Assembly: GCA_020048405.1 (NCBI GenBank)
Contig: JAIFMP010000021.1
Span: 13,077-77,076 of the forward strand
DNA length: 64,000 nt
From: Hydrogenophaga sp.
GTDB taxonomy: Bacteria; Pseudomonadota; Gammaproteobacteria; Burkholderiales; Burkholderiaceae_C
Direction of reading: 5' to 3'
Under the pieces are notes generated by a model. The model saw only the letters and a program-made list of their open reading frames with translations, was not told where the DNA came from and made no database searches. This document shows, piece by piece, positions 26,304 through 34,117 of this stretch (position 1 is the first letter of the stretch; each line of letters begins with the position of its first letter). Both the position numbers and the translations under genes were made by a program.

Positions 26304-27611
26304 TCAGGGTGTTGGGGTAACAGCCGCAGCAGTCCGAGCGGCAGCGTCGGGCAGGTTCTCGTATCGATACTCCATGCCCATCTGCCAAACGGTTTGTTGT
26401 GCCGTGTCGGTGCCGCGACGTACCCGACGCTCGTGGGTCGCACTGACGTAAGCCGTCAGCCCGCGAGTCAGTTCATAGCCGGTGCGCACCGAGGTGCGAT
26501 GGGTCGTCGGGTTGAGTGCGAGCCCCTGCTGAACCGTCCCCAATGTCAGCTCCTGTTGTTGATCTCTTTGCCACGCAGCGCTAACCGACCAACGGTAGGA
26601 CGGCACCCACGTTAAAGCCATGCCTTGTCCCTTGGACATGCCGTAGTTGGCTTGGGCATCGGTGTTCTGGTACGGTTGACGCCAAGCCTGCCCTTGTAGC
26701 CTGAGTTGAGGGGAAAGAGCGTGGCTGGCCGACAGCCGGAGCACATGTTGGTCTAAGGGCTGGAAGGTGCCATCCAGAGGCGTTTTCAGTCGTTTTGCCC
26801 ACCGAAGGGATGCCTGGGTTTTCGCGCTGTAAACCCACTGCAGATCCACAAAAGTTTCACTCTCTCTTTCCTCCGTCGCACGGTTGGAAATCTGGGAAAT
26901 TCGGAAAGGATTTTGCAGACGTTTGCGTCCCAAGCCCACTTCAGCTGTGTGGCCCAAGGGAGATCGGTACAGCACCGATGCGCTCATGGCCTGGATGTCT
27001 TCGTCCAAGTTCGCGTGTAACGTTCGATCACCATGTGCAGAGCTGACCGACACAAATCTCAGCGGCAAGTGGATGTCAGGCGTGGGCTTCAAAATCACTT
27101 GCGTGGTCAGCCATCGTCGTTCAACGGGATCGAACTGCGCGTAAAAGTCGTCTACTGGATACGCTGTTTGCGATCGACCCGCTGTCCATTCGCCCTCCCA
27201 AAGCGCACCGTGTCGCCATGGCAGCCGAGCCGTGTGTGTGTGTTCCGTGTGGTTCAGCGCGGCGGCGGACTGCCACCTCAAGGTGGTCAAGCTCGTGGTC
27301 AGTACCAGGCGGGTTTCTGTCGAGTCCAGCGGAATACCGATGGCCAGTGTTGCCCCATGTGCTTGGGTTTGGGTATTGGTTGGGGCTGGTGCCGAAGGCA
27401 GTGTGTTCGCAGCTCCCAAGGCATTGTTTTTGAACAGGTTGCTGTTTTGCCCCCACGTCGTCTCCAGCTTCAACGCAATATCCACGGACGCATGTGCCAC
27501 CGGGCTGCCCGCTGAGAGGCAAAGCAGTGCCACATGGCGTAACGCGGTGTTCGGCCAAGTCGTATAGCCACCCTTTGGCAGACGGGTCACGGAGCCACTA
27601 CCTCGAACCAC
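26304..27611 (-). CDS. outer-membrane beta-barrel protein of EPS locus (PEP-CTERM-locus-type uncharacterised OMP)
   Basis: 435 aa with a signal peptide ending PVAHA-SV. Alternating-hydrophobicity strands throughout and an aromatic-rich C-terminal region (GMEYRYENL). Overlaps the upstream gene by 25 nt, and the start is uncertain. Confidence 0.6.
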   Translation of the reverse strand: MVRGSGSVTRLPKGGYTTWPNTALRHVALLCLSAGSPVAHASVDIALKLETTWGQNSNLFKNNALGAANTLPSAPAPTNTQTQAHGATLAIGIPLDSTETRLVLTTSLTTLRWQSAAALNHTEHTHTARLPWRHGALWEGEWTAGRSQTAYPVDDFYAQFDPVERRWLTTQVILKPTPDIHLPLRFVSVSSAHGDRTLHANLDEDIQAMSASVLYRSPLGHTAEVGLGRKRLQNPFRISQISNRATEERESETFVDLQWVYSAKTQASLRWAKRLKTPLDGTFQPLDQHVLRLSASHALSPQLRLQGQAWRQPYQNTDAQANYGMSKGQGMALTWVPSYRWSVSAAWQRDQQQELTLGTVQQGLALNPTTHRTSVRTGYELTRGLTAYVSATHERRVRRGTDTAQQTVWQMGMEYRYENLPDAAARTAAAVTPTP

Positions 27612-29923
27612 AGAGCCGTGTTGTCGACCCCCTGATTCAAATCAATTTGCCAGTGCTGACCGAGCTTGACCATTTGCGCCGGGGGAAGGGCTGCAAGCCG
27701 TTTACCGTTGGCATCCAACGGGTAGATCACCCATTGCCCGGCCATCTGGGCCAGTCGCAAGCGGACCGGTTGGCGCTGGATCCAAAGGGGACCTGTCGTT
27801 GCTCTGCTGCCCGAGATATGCCCCGTCTGAGCCGACTCCAATGTCCACCAGCGGCGATCTCCTTTGTAGGGAACTAGGGGTTGTGGCCTGGGAGGGCTGC
27901 GGCCGGGCAGGGTGCCAACGGTGGGCGCGGGAACCACCAGCAGCCAGTGGCGGCTCTGTGGCAGAGGTTGGCCATCCAAACTGTGTGCCAACACGGCCAA
28001 CGTCGGTGCGCCCACTTGCGGTGGAGCCTCCACCGTCAGCCATTGGTTCTGCAATACAACGCCAGGCTGGCTGGGGCTCCACACCCCGCTCGCCAGAGCC
28101 GTGTCGATGGACAGTTTTTTGTCTTGCGGTGCCCATCCCAGTGCTTGTGGCTTCAAGCGGGTCACGTCTGGCGTGATGGCCGTGACGCCGGGCCGGCCTG
28201 TCTGATGGCCCACCCGGTGAGACAGTGCCAGCACAAAATCCACGCCTCGTTGCTTATGAAGCGCTCGCTCCCATGTGTCTGGGCGACGGTCGGCCGCTGC
28301 ATAGGCCTTCCAAGCGTCCTCATCGATGGCAACCGCATGCGCCTGCGGCAGCACGGGAACGGAAGGCGTACGAAACATGCGTGCAGACAGCCCCACCACA
28401 CTGGCTTGTGTCCAGTTGCCTTGCAAGTTGAAGTAACGCGGTGTGTGCCGGTCTTCATGGGCATCGGTGTAATCAAAAAAATACAAGCCGTCCCAATCCT
28501 GTTGAGCGGCCACCGCCGCCATCAGCGGCAGGATTTCGTGACTCTGTGCGTTGGGGAAGGCTTGGTTGAATTCACTGACGACAAACGGCCTTTTTGGGTC
28601 TCTCAGGAAAGCCAGCGCCAGCAGATCCCTCAAACCACCGTCAACCATGGAGGTGTTGGCTATTCGCCAATCGGTATCGGACCACGGCTCACCGGGAAAC
28701 TCCGGGTGGTCTTGGTAATAGTGGGCATCGACGTAGTCCATCGCGGCGTGTGAAGCGAAATGCAGCGGTGCGCCGAAATTGACTTGGGTCCCGGTCACGG
28801 GCATGTGGGGGTGGGTCGCGTTTTTGACCACGGCCCGCATTCGGGTCACAAACCGGCGGTCTACCTCCGTGACAAAGCCCATGGCATCTTGTACTTTGGG
28901 GTGCAGATTGGGGCGGTCCGGTACCGCCTTGGCCACGCCCAAGACCGATTGGGCATTGGCCAAGCCTGCAAGGGCTCGGGACTTCAGTTTTAGCAGCAGA
29001 CCACTGTCAAACCCGTGCTGCAACGCATCAGCCTGCGCGGGCGTCAGCATGGCCTTGTCTTCTGCACCACAAGTTCCCCACACCTTGCAGGCTTTGTCCC
29101 ACGTTCCATGGCGCTGCAATACCCAAGTTTGCCATTGGGTATTCAGCTCGGTGGCGTAAGGCCCTGCAATTTCAGTCGTCCATACGTTTGAATGCCAGTG
29201 CAGCCAGGCTGAGGCCAGGGACGACTCATTGATGATTTCCACCTGGGCCAGGCTGGGTGCGGTTTTCAGCCCCAACGCAGCGATCAATTGCCTTGCATGT
29301 GCTTCCTGCAATGCCACCAGTTTGGGATGGAAGCTGTGGACCGGTGAGGCATATCCGGGCGCCTTGCCCGCTGCGTTGAGTGCGGGTATTCCGTCCACAT
29401 CCGGACGAAAGGTGTACCCCACCATCAGGTTCAGATTGACGTACAACCCCTCTTGGGCCAAAACACCGATGAAATGACGCAAGCGTTCGATGGCCCCGGA
29501 GTGCAAACTGGGGTACGGCCCCGTGGTTAGCGTACCGCGAAAAATCTGAGGGTCTGATGTGGGTCGGGTGTCAAGATGATGCAGCCGGACGGCATTGAAG
29601 CCCATGCTGCGCAGTGTGCGGGCCACCGCTTTGGCGCGCTCGGTTGATGGAAAAGCGGCATCATGAGATAGATTGATGCCAAAGAGGCGTACGCGGCTGT
29701 CATCCCCTGTGCCTGGCCGCAAATCGGCTCCCACCCTTGAAAAATGGGAGCCTTGCACGGTGATTCGGTCCGCTTCAGTCAGCGGGGCATTGAGCGCGCT
29801 GTGGTCTGCTGCACCTACGAACGGTCCCCACTGTGCCGGAAATGGACGCATGTCCTGAGAATGGGCACCGTACGCGCTTAGCGCCAGCACCACTGCTACC
29901 AGAAGTGAGGCCAGCCGAGCCAA
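27587..29923 (-). CDS. secreted glycoside hydrolase, clan GH-A/GH5-like TIM barrel with uncharacterised C-terminal region
   Basis: 778 aa with a signal peptide (LALSAYGAHS-QD). GFNAVRLHHLD and VEIINESS motifs resemble cellulase-family (beta/alpha)8 hydrolases. The last 250-300 or so aa have no motif I recognise. Confidence 0.6.
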   Translation of the reverse strand: MARLASLLVAVVLALSAYGAHSQDMRPFPAQWGPFVGAADHSALNAPLTEADRITVQGSHFSRVGADLRPGTGDDSRVRLFGINLSHDAAFPSTERAKAVARTLRSMGFNAVRLHHLDTRPTSDPQIFRGTLTTGPYPSLHSGAIERLRHFIGVLAQEGLYVNLNLMVGYTFRPDVDGIPALNAAGKAPGYASPVHSFHPKLVALQEAHARQLIAALGLKTAPSLAQVEIINESSLASAWLHWHSNVWTTEIAGPYATELNTQWQTWVLQRHGTWDKACKVWGTCGAEDKAMLTPAQADALQHGFDSGLLLKLKSRALAGLANAQSVLGVAKAVPDRPNLHPKVQDAMGFVTEVDRRFVTRMRAVVKNATHPHMPVTGTQVNFGAPLHFASHAAMDYVDAHYYQDHPEFPGEPWSDTDWRIANTSMVDGGLRDLLALAFLRDPKRPFVVSEFNQAFPNAQSHEILPLMAAVAAQQDWDGLYFFDYTDAHEDRHTPRYFNLQGNWTQASVVGLSARMFRTPSVPVLPQAHAVAIDEDAWKAYAAADRRPDTWERALHKQRGVDFVLALSHRVGHQTGRPGVTAITPDVTRLKPQALGWAPQDKKLSIDTALASGVWSPSQPGVVLQNQWLTVEAPPQVGAPTLAVLAHSLDGQPLPQSRHWLLVVPAPTVGTLPGRSPPRPQPLVPYKGDRRWWTLESAQTGHISGSRATTGPLWIQRQPVRLRLAQMAGQWVIYPLDANGKRLAALPPAQMVKLGQHWQIDLNQGVDNTALWFEVVAP

Positions 29924-29925
29924 TT

Positions 29926-31011
29926 TCAGCCCTTTTCCTGGGGTGGCTCGTTCACACGGCCCAGCAACTGCCGAAGGCGGCTCGTAACTGGCGCTATTTT
30001 TTGCGGCACCGTGTTGAAAAAAGAACCCAACACGCGTGCAGAAGCGGTCTCCATGTCGTGATAGGTCTTGTGCAGATCATCGGCGGTGGTACTGTCTTTG
30101 CGGCATACCAGCACCACATTTCCTGCCTGTGGCGCAATGATTTGTGCATCGGCTCCCACGCGGGTAGGTGGGGTATCGATCACGATCACTTTCGCATCGG
30201 TCTTGAATTTATCGAGCAATTCCGACAGATTGGGGGCGGTCAAAATCTCGCTGGGATTGGGTGGTTTGGGGCCTGAAGTGATGACGTTCAAGTGGCTGTT
30301 GATGGTGTCCGAAAGGTCCAGCGTGGGCAAGGTACGCCCAGCCAACATGGTGGACAGCCCTGTTTTGTTGGAAAGATCAAACAGCTGGTGTTGGATGGGC
30401 TTGCGCAGGTTTGCATCAATCAGCAGCGTCTTCAGGTTCAGTTGCGCAAAGGCCAGCGCCAAGCTGGCAGCCAAGTGGCTCTTGCCTTCCAACGTATTGG
30501 GGCTGACCAGCGCGAACACCAGGCAGGTTTGATCCTGGTCACCAGCACGCAACCGAATTTCAGCGCGAAACCGCCGAATGGCCTCTGCCTCTGCGCTGTA
30601 GGGGCTGTGTGAAATCAGCAGGCGCGAGCTGATCTTTTTTCGACTTCCCTGGCCGTGTTTGGCGCTGGTCTGATAGTTGAACTGTTGTGCCAAGACATCG
30701 TGCACATCTTCTTCGGTCAACAGGCCCAGCTGGATTGCAGCTTCACCGAACCGAATGCGTTTTTTCCGCTGCAGCTGAACGATGCGTACAACCTCTTCTT
30801 CTGTCAGCTTGCGCGCATTCAGGAATGCCTGCCCCATGCGTCCCATGGCATCTTCGGTCGTGGGCAGTGGTGCGGGGTGTCTCAGGTCCAGGTCAAGTGC
30901 TTGCGAGCTGTCTTCAAACTGGCTGAGCCCAAAACCCGTCTGCCCCTCAGCATCGTCAAAAAACGGCGAGGCAGAGCCACCTTTGCGGGGGGGGGCGTTT
31001 GAATCGCTCAT
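29926..31011 (-). CDS. BY-kinase-like polysaccharide co-polymerase ATPase (EpsG/PEP-CTERM-locus tyrosine autokinase type) with N-terminal MshEN-like region
   Basis: Start at MSDSNAPP (CAT 31009-31011), overlapping the upstream stop by 1 nt. Walker A (SPNTLEGKSHLA), Walker A' (LLIDANLRKP) and Walker B (VIVIDTPP). There is no C-terminal Tyr cluster. Confidence 0.8.
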   Translation of the reverse strand: MSDSNAPPRKGGSASPFFDDAEGQTGFGLSQFEDSSQALDLDLRHPAPLPTTEDAMGRMGQAFLNARKLTEEEVVRIVQLQRKKRIRFGEAAIQLGLLTEEDVHDVLAQQFNYQTSAKHGQGSRKKISSRLLISHSPYSAEAEAIRRFRAEIRLRAGDQDQTCLVFALVSPNTLEGKSHLAASLALAFAQLNLKTLLIDANLRKPIQHQLFDLSNKTGLSTMLAGRTLPTLDLSDTINSHLNVITSGPKPPNPSEILTAPNLSELLDKFKTDAKVIVIDTPPTRVGADAQIIAPQAGNVVLVCRKDSTTADDLHKTYHDMETASARVLGSFFNTVPQKIAPVTSRLRQLLGRVNEPPQEKG

Positions 31012-32384
31012 CAGGCTTCTCCCAGTACGGGCACTGGCAGGCTCGCTTTCAGGTCCTCCACACAGCGCAGGCGGCGGTAGGACAGTTCCAGAAACAGCGC
31101 AATCAGCAAGCCAAGCATCAGGCCCCCCGGAATACTGACGATCACGTTGTTCAACACGTTGGGTTTGGTGTGACGCAGAGGCTTTTCGGCCCATTGCAGC
31201 ACGGCGATGTTGGGACTGGTGACGTTGCTCTGAATCAAAATTTCGTCGTATCGAGCCACTGCAGCGTTGTAAATCTGTTGTGCACTGGCCAGCTGACGTT
31301 GGTAGGACGCAATCACATCCCGGTGTTTTTTCATTTCCAGGAGTTGGTTCTGACGGCCTTTGATTTCAGCCTCAAGCCGCCTCAGCTGCTCACCAAAGCG
31401 CTGCTCCTCTTGTTCAATAGATTGCATAGCGCTGTTCGACGCGCGATCCAATTGGTCGAGCAGCGCAGCCCGGTCAGCTTCAAGCGCGCGGTAACGGGGG
31501 TGGTTGCGCCCCAGCACACCTGAGACTTCAAGCAACCGTCCCTCTACCTCGATCAGACGGCGTTTGACGTCGCGCACGCTCTCCTGGCGAGCAATATCCG
31601 GAATATCGTCTGCCCGCGTGCCACCGGCCAGCAGTGCCTGGATCGCCCGTTTGCGCGTGGTGGCCTCGGACTGCGCTGCCTGAATGGTCAACTGCCGTGA
31701 GTTCAGCTCGCTGAATTGGCGCGAGCCCGTGTCCAAGCGTTCGTCAGCATCCACAATGCCCTCCCTCTGCTGGTAGGCCGTGATTTCGCGCTGAATGCGG
31801 TCAACCTCCATTTGCAGGGCCACCAGCTGGCCGCTGTATTGCTCCTGCCGCAGTTTGGCTGGCGTAGAGTGGATTTTGTTGTTTATTTCCATGTAGCCCT
31901 TGATGGCCGCGTTCAGCGCATCGCGGGCGTACAAGGGGTCCTTGGATGAAAACTGCAAGTCCAGAACCCGGCTATTGCGCTTGGGGCTGACTTGCAGGTC
32001 GGCAGCAAGGCTGCGCAGCATCCCTGCCCGCAGCACTGCTTCGCCCTTGCTCCTGGCCAGCTCCCGTGCTTCAGGTGTCTCAAGCGCTCGAGTGGTTTCC
32101 AGGATGTACCGGGCCACGTCGTCGCTTTTGATGATGTCTACCTGCGTGGCCAGGTAACTTTCGTCCTGCATGGCTGAAAAGCTCCGGCCCAGAATCGGGT
32201 CATTTCCCCGGAACTCCACGTAAATTTCAGCTGTGGCTGTGTAGGTTTTGGGCAACAGGAGACCTGCAGTCACAGCGGCGGCGATGGTGGCGACCGACAC
32301 CGCCGCGATCAGGCCCTTGCGCGCTGCCAGCATGGCACCGATTTGCACCAGCGATATACCTGGGTCGTGGGTGGAGTTTTGCAT
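31011..32384 (-). CDS. chain-length determinant protein (Wzz/EpsF-like polysaccharide co-polymerase)
   Basis: 457 aa. N-terminal TM after the Wzz-type motif (PKTYTATAEIYV), a long coiled-coil periplasmic region, and a C-terminal TM with a proline motif (VSIPGGLMLGLLIALF). Confidence 0.8.
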   Translation of the reverse strand: MQNSTHDPGISLVQIGAMLAARKGLIAAVSVATIAAAVTAGLLLPKTYTATAEIYVEFRGNDPILGRSFSAMQDESYLATQVDIIKSDDVARYILETTRALETPEARELARSKGEAVLRAGMLRSLAADLQVSPKRNSRVLDLQFSSKDPLYARDALNAAIKGYMEINNKIHSTPAKLRQEQYSGQLVALQMEVDRIQREITAYQQREGIVDADERLDTGSRQFSELNSRQLTIQAAQSEATTRKRAIQALLAGGTRADDIPDIARQESVRDVKRRLIEVEGRLLEVSGVLGRNHPRYRALEADRAALLDQLDRASNSAMQSIEQEEQRFGEQLRRLEAEIKGRQNQLLEMKKHRDVIASYQRQLASAQQIYNAAVARYDEILIQSNVTSPNIAVLQWAEKPLRHTKPNVLNNVIVSIPGGLMLGLLIALFLELSYRRLRCVEDLKASLPVPVLGEA

Positions 32385-32408
32385 GGGGCTGGTTGCGTCG
32401 GATGTGGC

Positions 32409-33404
32409 TCAGAAGAGCCGCTCGTCAACGTGCACCACGTCGTCGGGCTGCAGGGGCGTGGCAGGCTCCGCCTTGAGCACTTGCAGGGTGTTTTTCTCGT
32501 CAAGCCGGTGAATTTTGATGCGACGGTCCGAGCCCCGCTCGCTCACACCACCGCTGAGTGACAAGGCCTTCATGATGTTCATGCCTTGTTCCATGGGGTA
32601 AGCCCCTGGCCGGCGGACTTCGCCGTGGATGTAAAAAAGCTTTTGGACACCCACGAAGACCACATCGTCATTCAGCAATGGCACATCCAAACGGCCTCCG
32701 AATTGGGCTCCAGCCGCTTCAAGTTGAATTCGGGTCTCGTCCCGGCTGCCAGTGTTGGCCAAGGCACCAGTGGGCTTTCGCAGCAGCACCACGGTCCGAT
32801 CGGCCCGCGCCGTCATGCCACCTGCGGTGGCCAGCGCTTCGAGTACGGTCATTCGGCCCTGGATCGGGTAGCGCCCTGGACGTTGTACCTCACCGATCAC
32901 CGACACCAGCTGGCTGCGCAGCTGCCTGATTTGTACCGATACACCTGGGTTTTGGAGGTAGCCACCATCCTTGAGCCTGACGGCCACCATGGATTCAAGC
33001 TGAGCGGCAGACAGGTTGAGCACATTCAGCGTCCCAATCAACGGAACCATGATGGTGCCTGCTTCGCCCACCGTGACCTCTGCCGACAAGTCGGGCTGAC
33101 CAAACACGGCAATCGTGATCTGGTCACCTACGCCCAAGGGGGGCAATCCGTCCCGTCCCGCATTCGCGGTGTCCGTGGGGGCTGTCTGAAGATAGGTTGG
33201 GATATCGCCGGGCTGCTGAGCAACGGACGCAGAGCCCATACCAGGTGGCGCAGGCACATCACTCAGCGGAGCCAGCGTGGCCGACAACCGAAGGGGTTGC
33301 GCTGCCGCTGGTGGAACCAAAGCACACAATGCCGCCAATAGCCCTGCTTGCAGCACCGCACGGAGGCGCGGCAGGGCTTTCAGCAAAAAGGGCAAAAGGT
33401 GCAT
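32409..33404 (-). CDS. polysaccharide export outer-membrane protein (Wza/EpsE-like)
   Basis: 331 aa with a signal peptide. Poly_export motif (GVGDQITIAVFGQPDLS....V...G.I..PLIG...V.....AQLE..V) and SLBB-like repeats (GEV..PG.Y). Confidence 0.8.
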   Translation of the reverse strand: MHLLPFLLKALPRLRAVLQAGLLAALCALVPPAAAQPLRLSATLAPLSDVPAPPGMGSASVAQQPGDIPTYLQTAPTDTANAGRDGLPPLGVGDQITIAVFGQPDLSAEVTVGEAGTIMVPLIGTLNVLNLSAAQLESMVAVRLKDGGYLQNPGVSVQIRQLRSQLVSVIGEVQRPGRYPIQGRMTVLEALATAGGMTARADRTVVLLRKPTGALANTGSRDETRIQLEAAGAQFGGRLDVPLLNDDVVFVGVQKLFYIHGEVRRPGAYPMEQGMNIMKALSLSGGVSERGSDRRIKIHRLDEKNTLQVLKAEPATPLQPDDVVHVDERLF

Positions 33405-33447
33405 GGCGGGATGTTGCAGATGGGCCTAGCGGAGGGGTGGCCGCATT

Positions 33448-34083
33448 CTAGGGTCGTTTACGCGGAGCGCTTTTGCAAAAAGCGCTCACCTGGCAGGCAT
33501 CGCACAGCGGTTGCCGTGCTTTGCAGACATATCTGCCATGCAGGATCAACCAATGATGGGCGTCCACCAGGTACTCCTTCGGCACGCGTTTGAGCAATTT
33601 CAGCTCCACTTCCAGCGGTGTTTTGCCAGGCGCCAGCCCTGTGCGGTTGCCCACCCGGAAAATGTGTGTGTCCACCGCCATGGTCGGTTCCCCAAACGCG
33701 CTGTTCAGCACCACGTTGGCGGTTTTGCGGCCCACGCCGGGCAGGGTTTCCAGCGCTTCCCGGGTTCGCGGCACGTGGCCGCCGTGCTGGTCCAGCAGCA
33801 ACTGGCAGGTGTGCAGCAGGTGCCTGGCTTTGCTGTGGTACAGGCCAATTGTTTTGATGTGTTGTTCAAGGCCTTCCAGCCCTAGCGCCAGCATTTTAGC
33901 GGGGGTGTTAGCCACCACAAACAGGTTGCGGGTGGCCTTGTTCACGCTGACATCGGTGGCCTGGGCAGACAGCAGCACAGCAGTCAGCAGCTCGAATACG
34001 CTGGTGTACTCCAGCTCGGTCACCGGTTGCGGGTTGGCCGCCTTGAGCGTGGCAAAAAAACGGCTGATGTATTCTGGTTGCAT
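33448..34083 (-). CDS. nth: endonuclease III
   Basis: 211 aa from MQPEYISRFF (CAT 34081-34083). Helix-hairpin-helix (LPGVGRKTANVVL), the catalytic-region DTH, and the C-terminal FeS cluster C.....C..C.....C. Confidence 0.9.
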   Translation of the reverse strand: MQPEYISRFFATLKAANPQPVTELEYTSVFELLTAVLLSAQATDVSVNKATRNLFVVANTPAKMLALGLEGLEQHIKTIGLYHSKARHLLHTCQLLLDQHGGHVPRTREALETLPGVGRKTANVVLNSAFGEPTMAVDTHIFRVGNRTGLAPGKTPLEVELKLLKRVPKEYLVDAHHWLILHGRYVCKARQPLCDACQVSAFCKSAPRKRP

Positions 34084-34117
34084 AAACTCAGTGTCGCAAA
34101 AAAACAGACCCGAATTC

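Noticed and set aside
30987-30995. G9 homopolymer (C9 on the coding strand) near the 5' end of the BY-kinase-like gene, and G8 at 17891-17898 in the EPS GT2 gene, considered as possible slipped-strand phase-variation switches
   Set aside because: The same tract type (G8 at 44475-44482) occurs in the housekeeping gene mfd. All three simply encode Ala-Pro-Pro as GCC-CCC-CCC, so they look like a codon-usage by-product. Only population sequencing could show length variation.
33590-34117. N-terminal extensions of track ORFs: 33590-35797, 50497-52362, 13245-14510, 14255-16156, 1205-2245, 4883-5542, 17267-18391, 29926-31194, 40810-41694, 45801-46976
   Set aside because: The upstream parts are antisense to or overlap neighbouring well-supported genes (nth, bdhA, cobS, cobC, phhB and others). 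An internal start gives the canonical N-terminus and often a stop/start overlap with the upstream gene.
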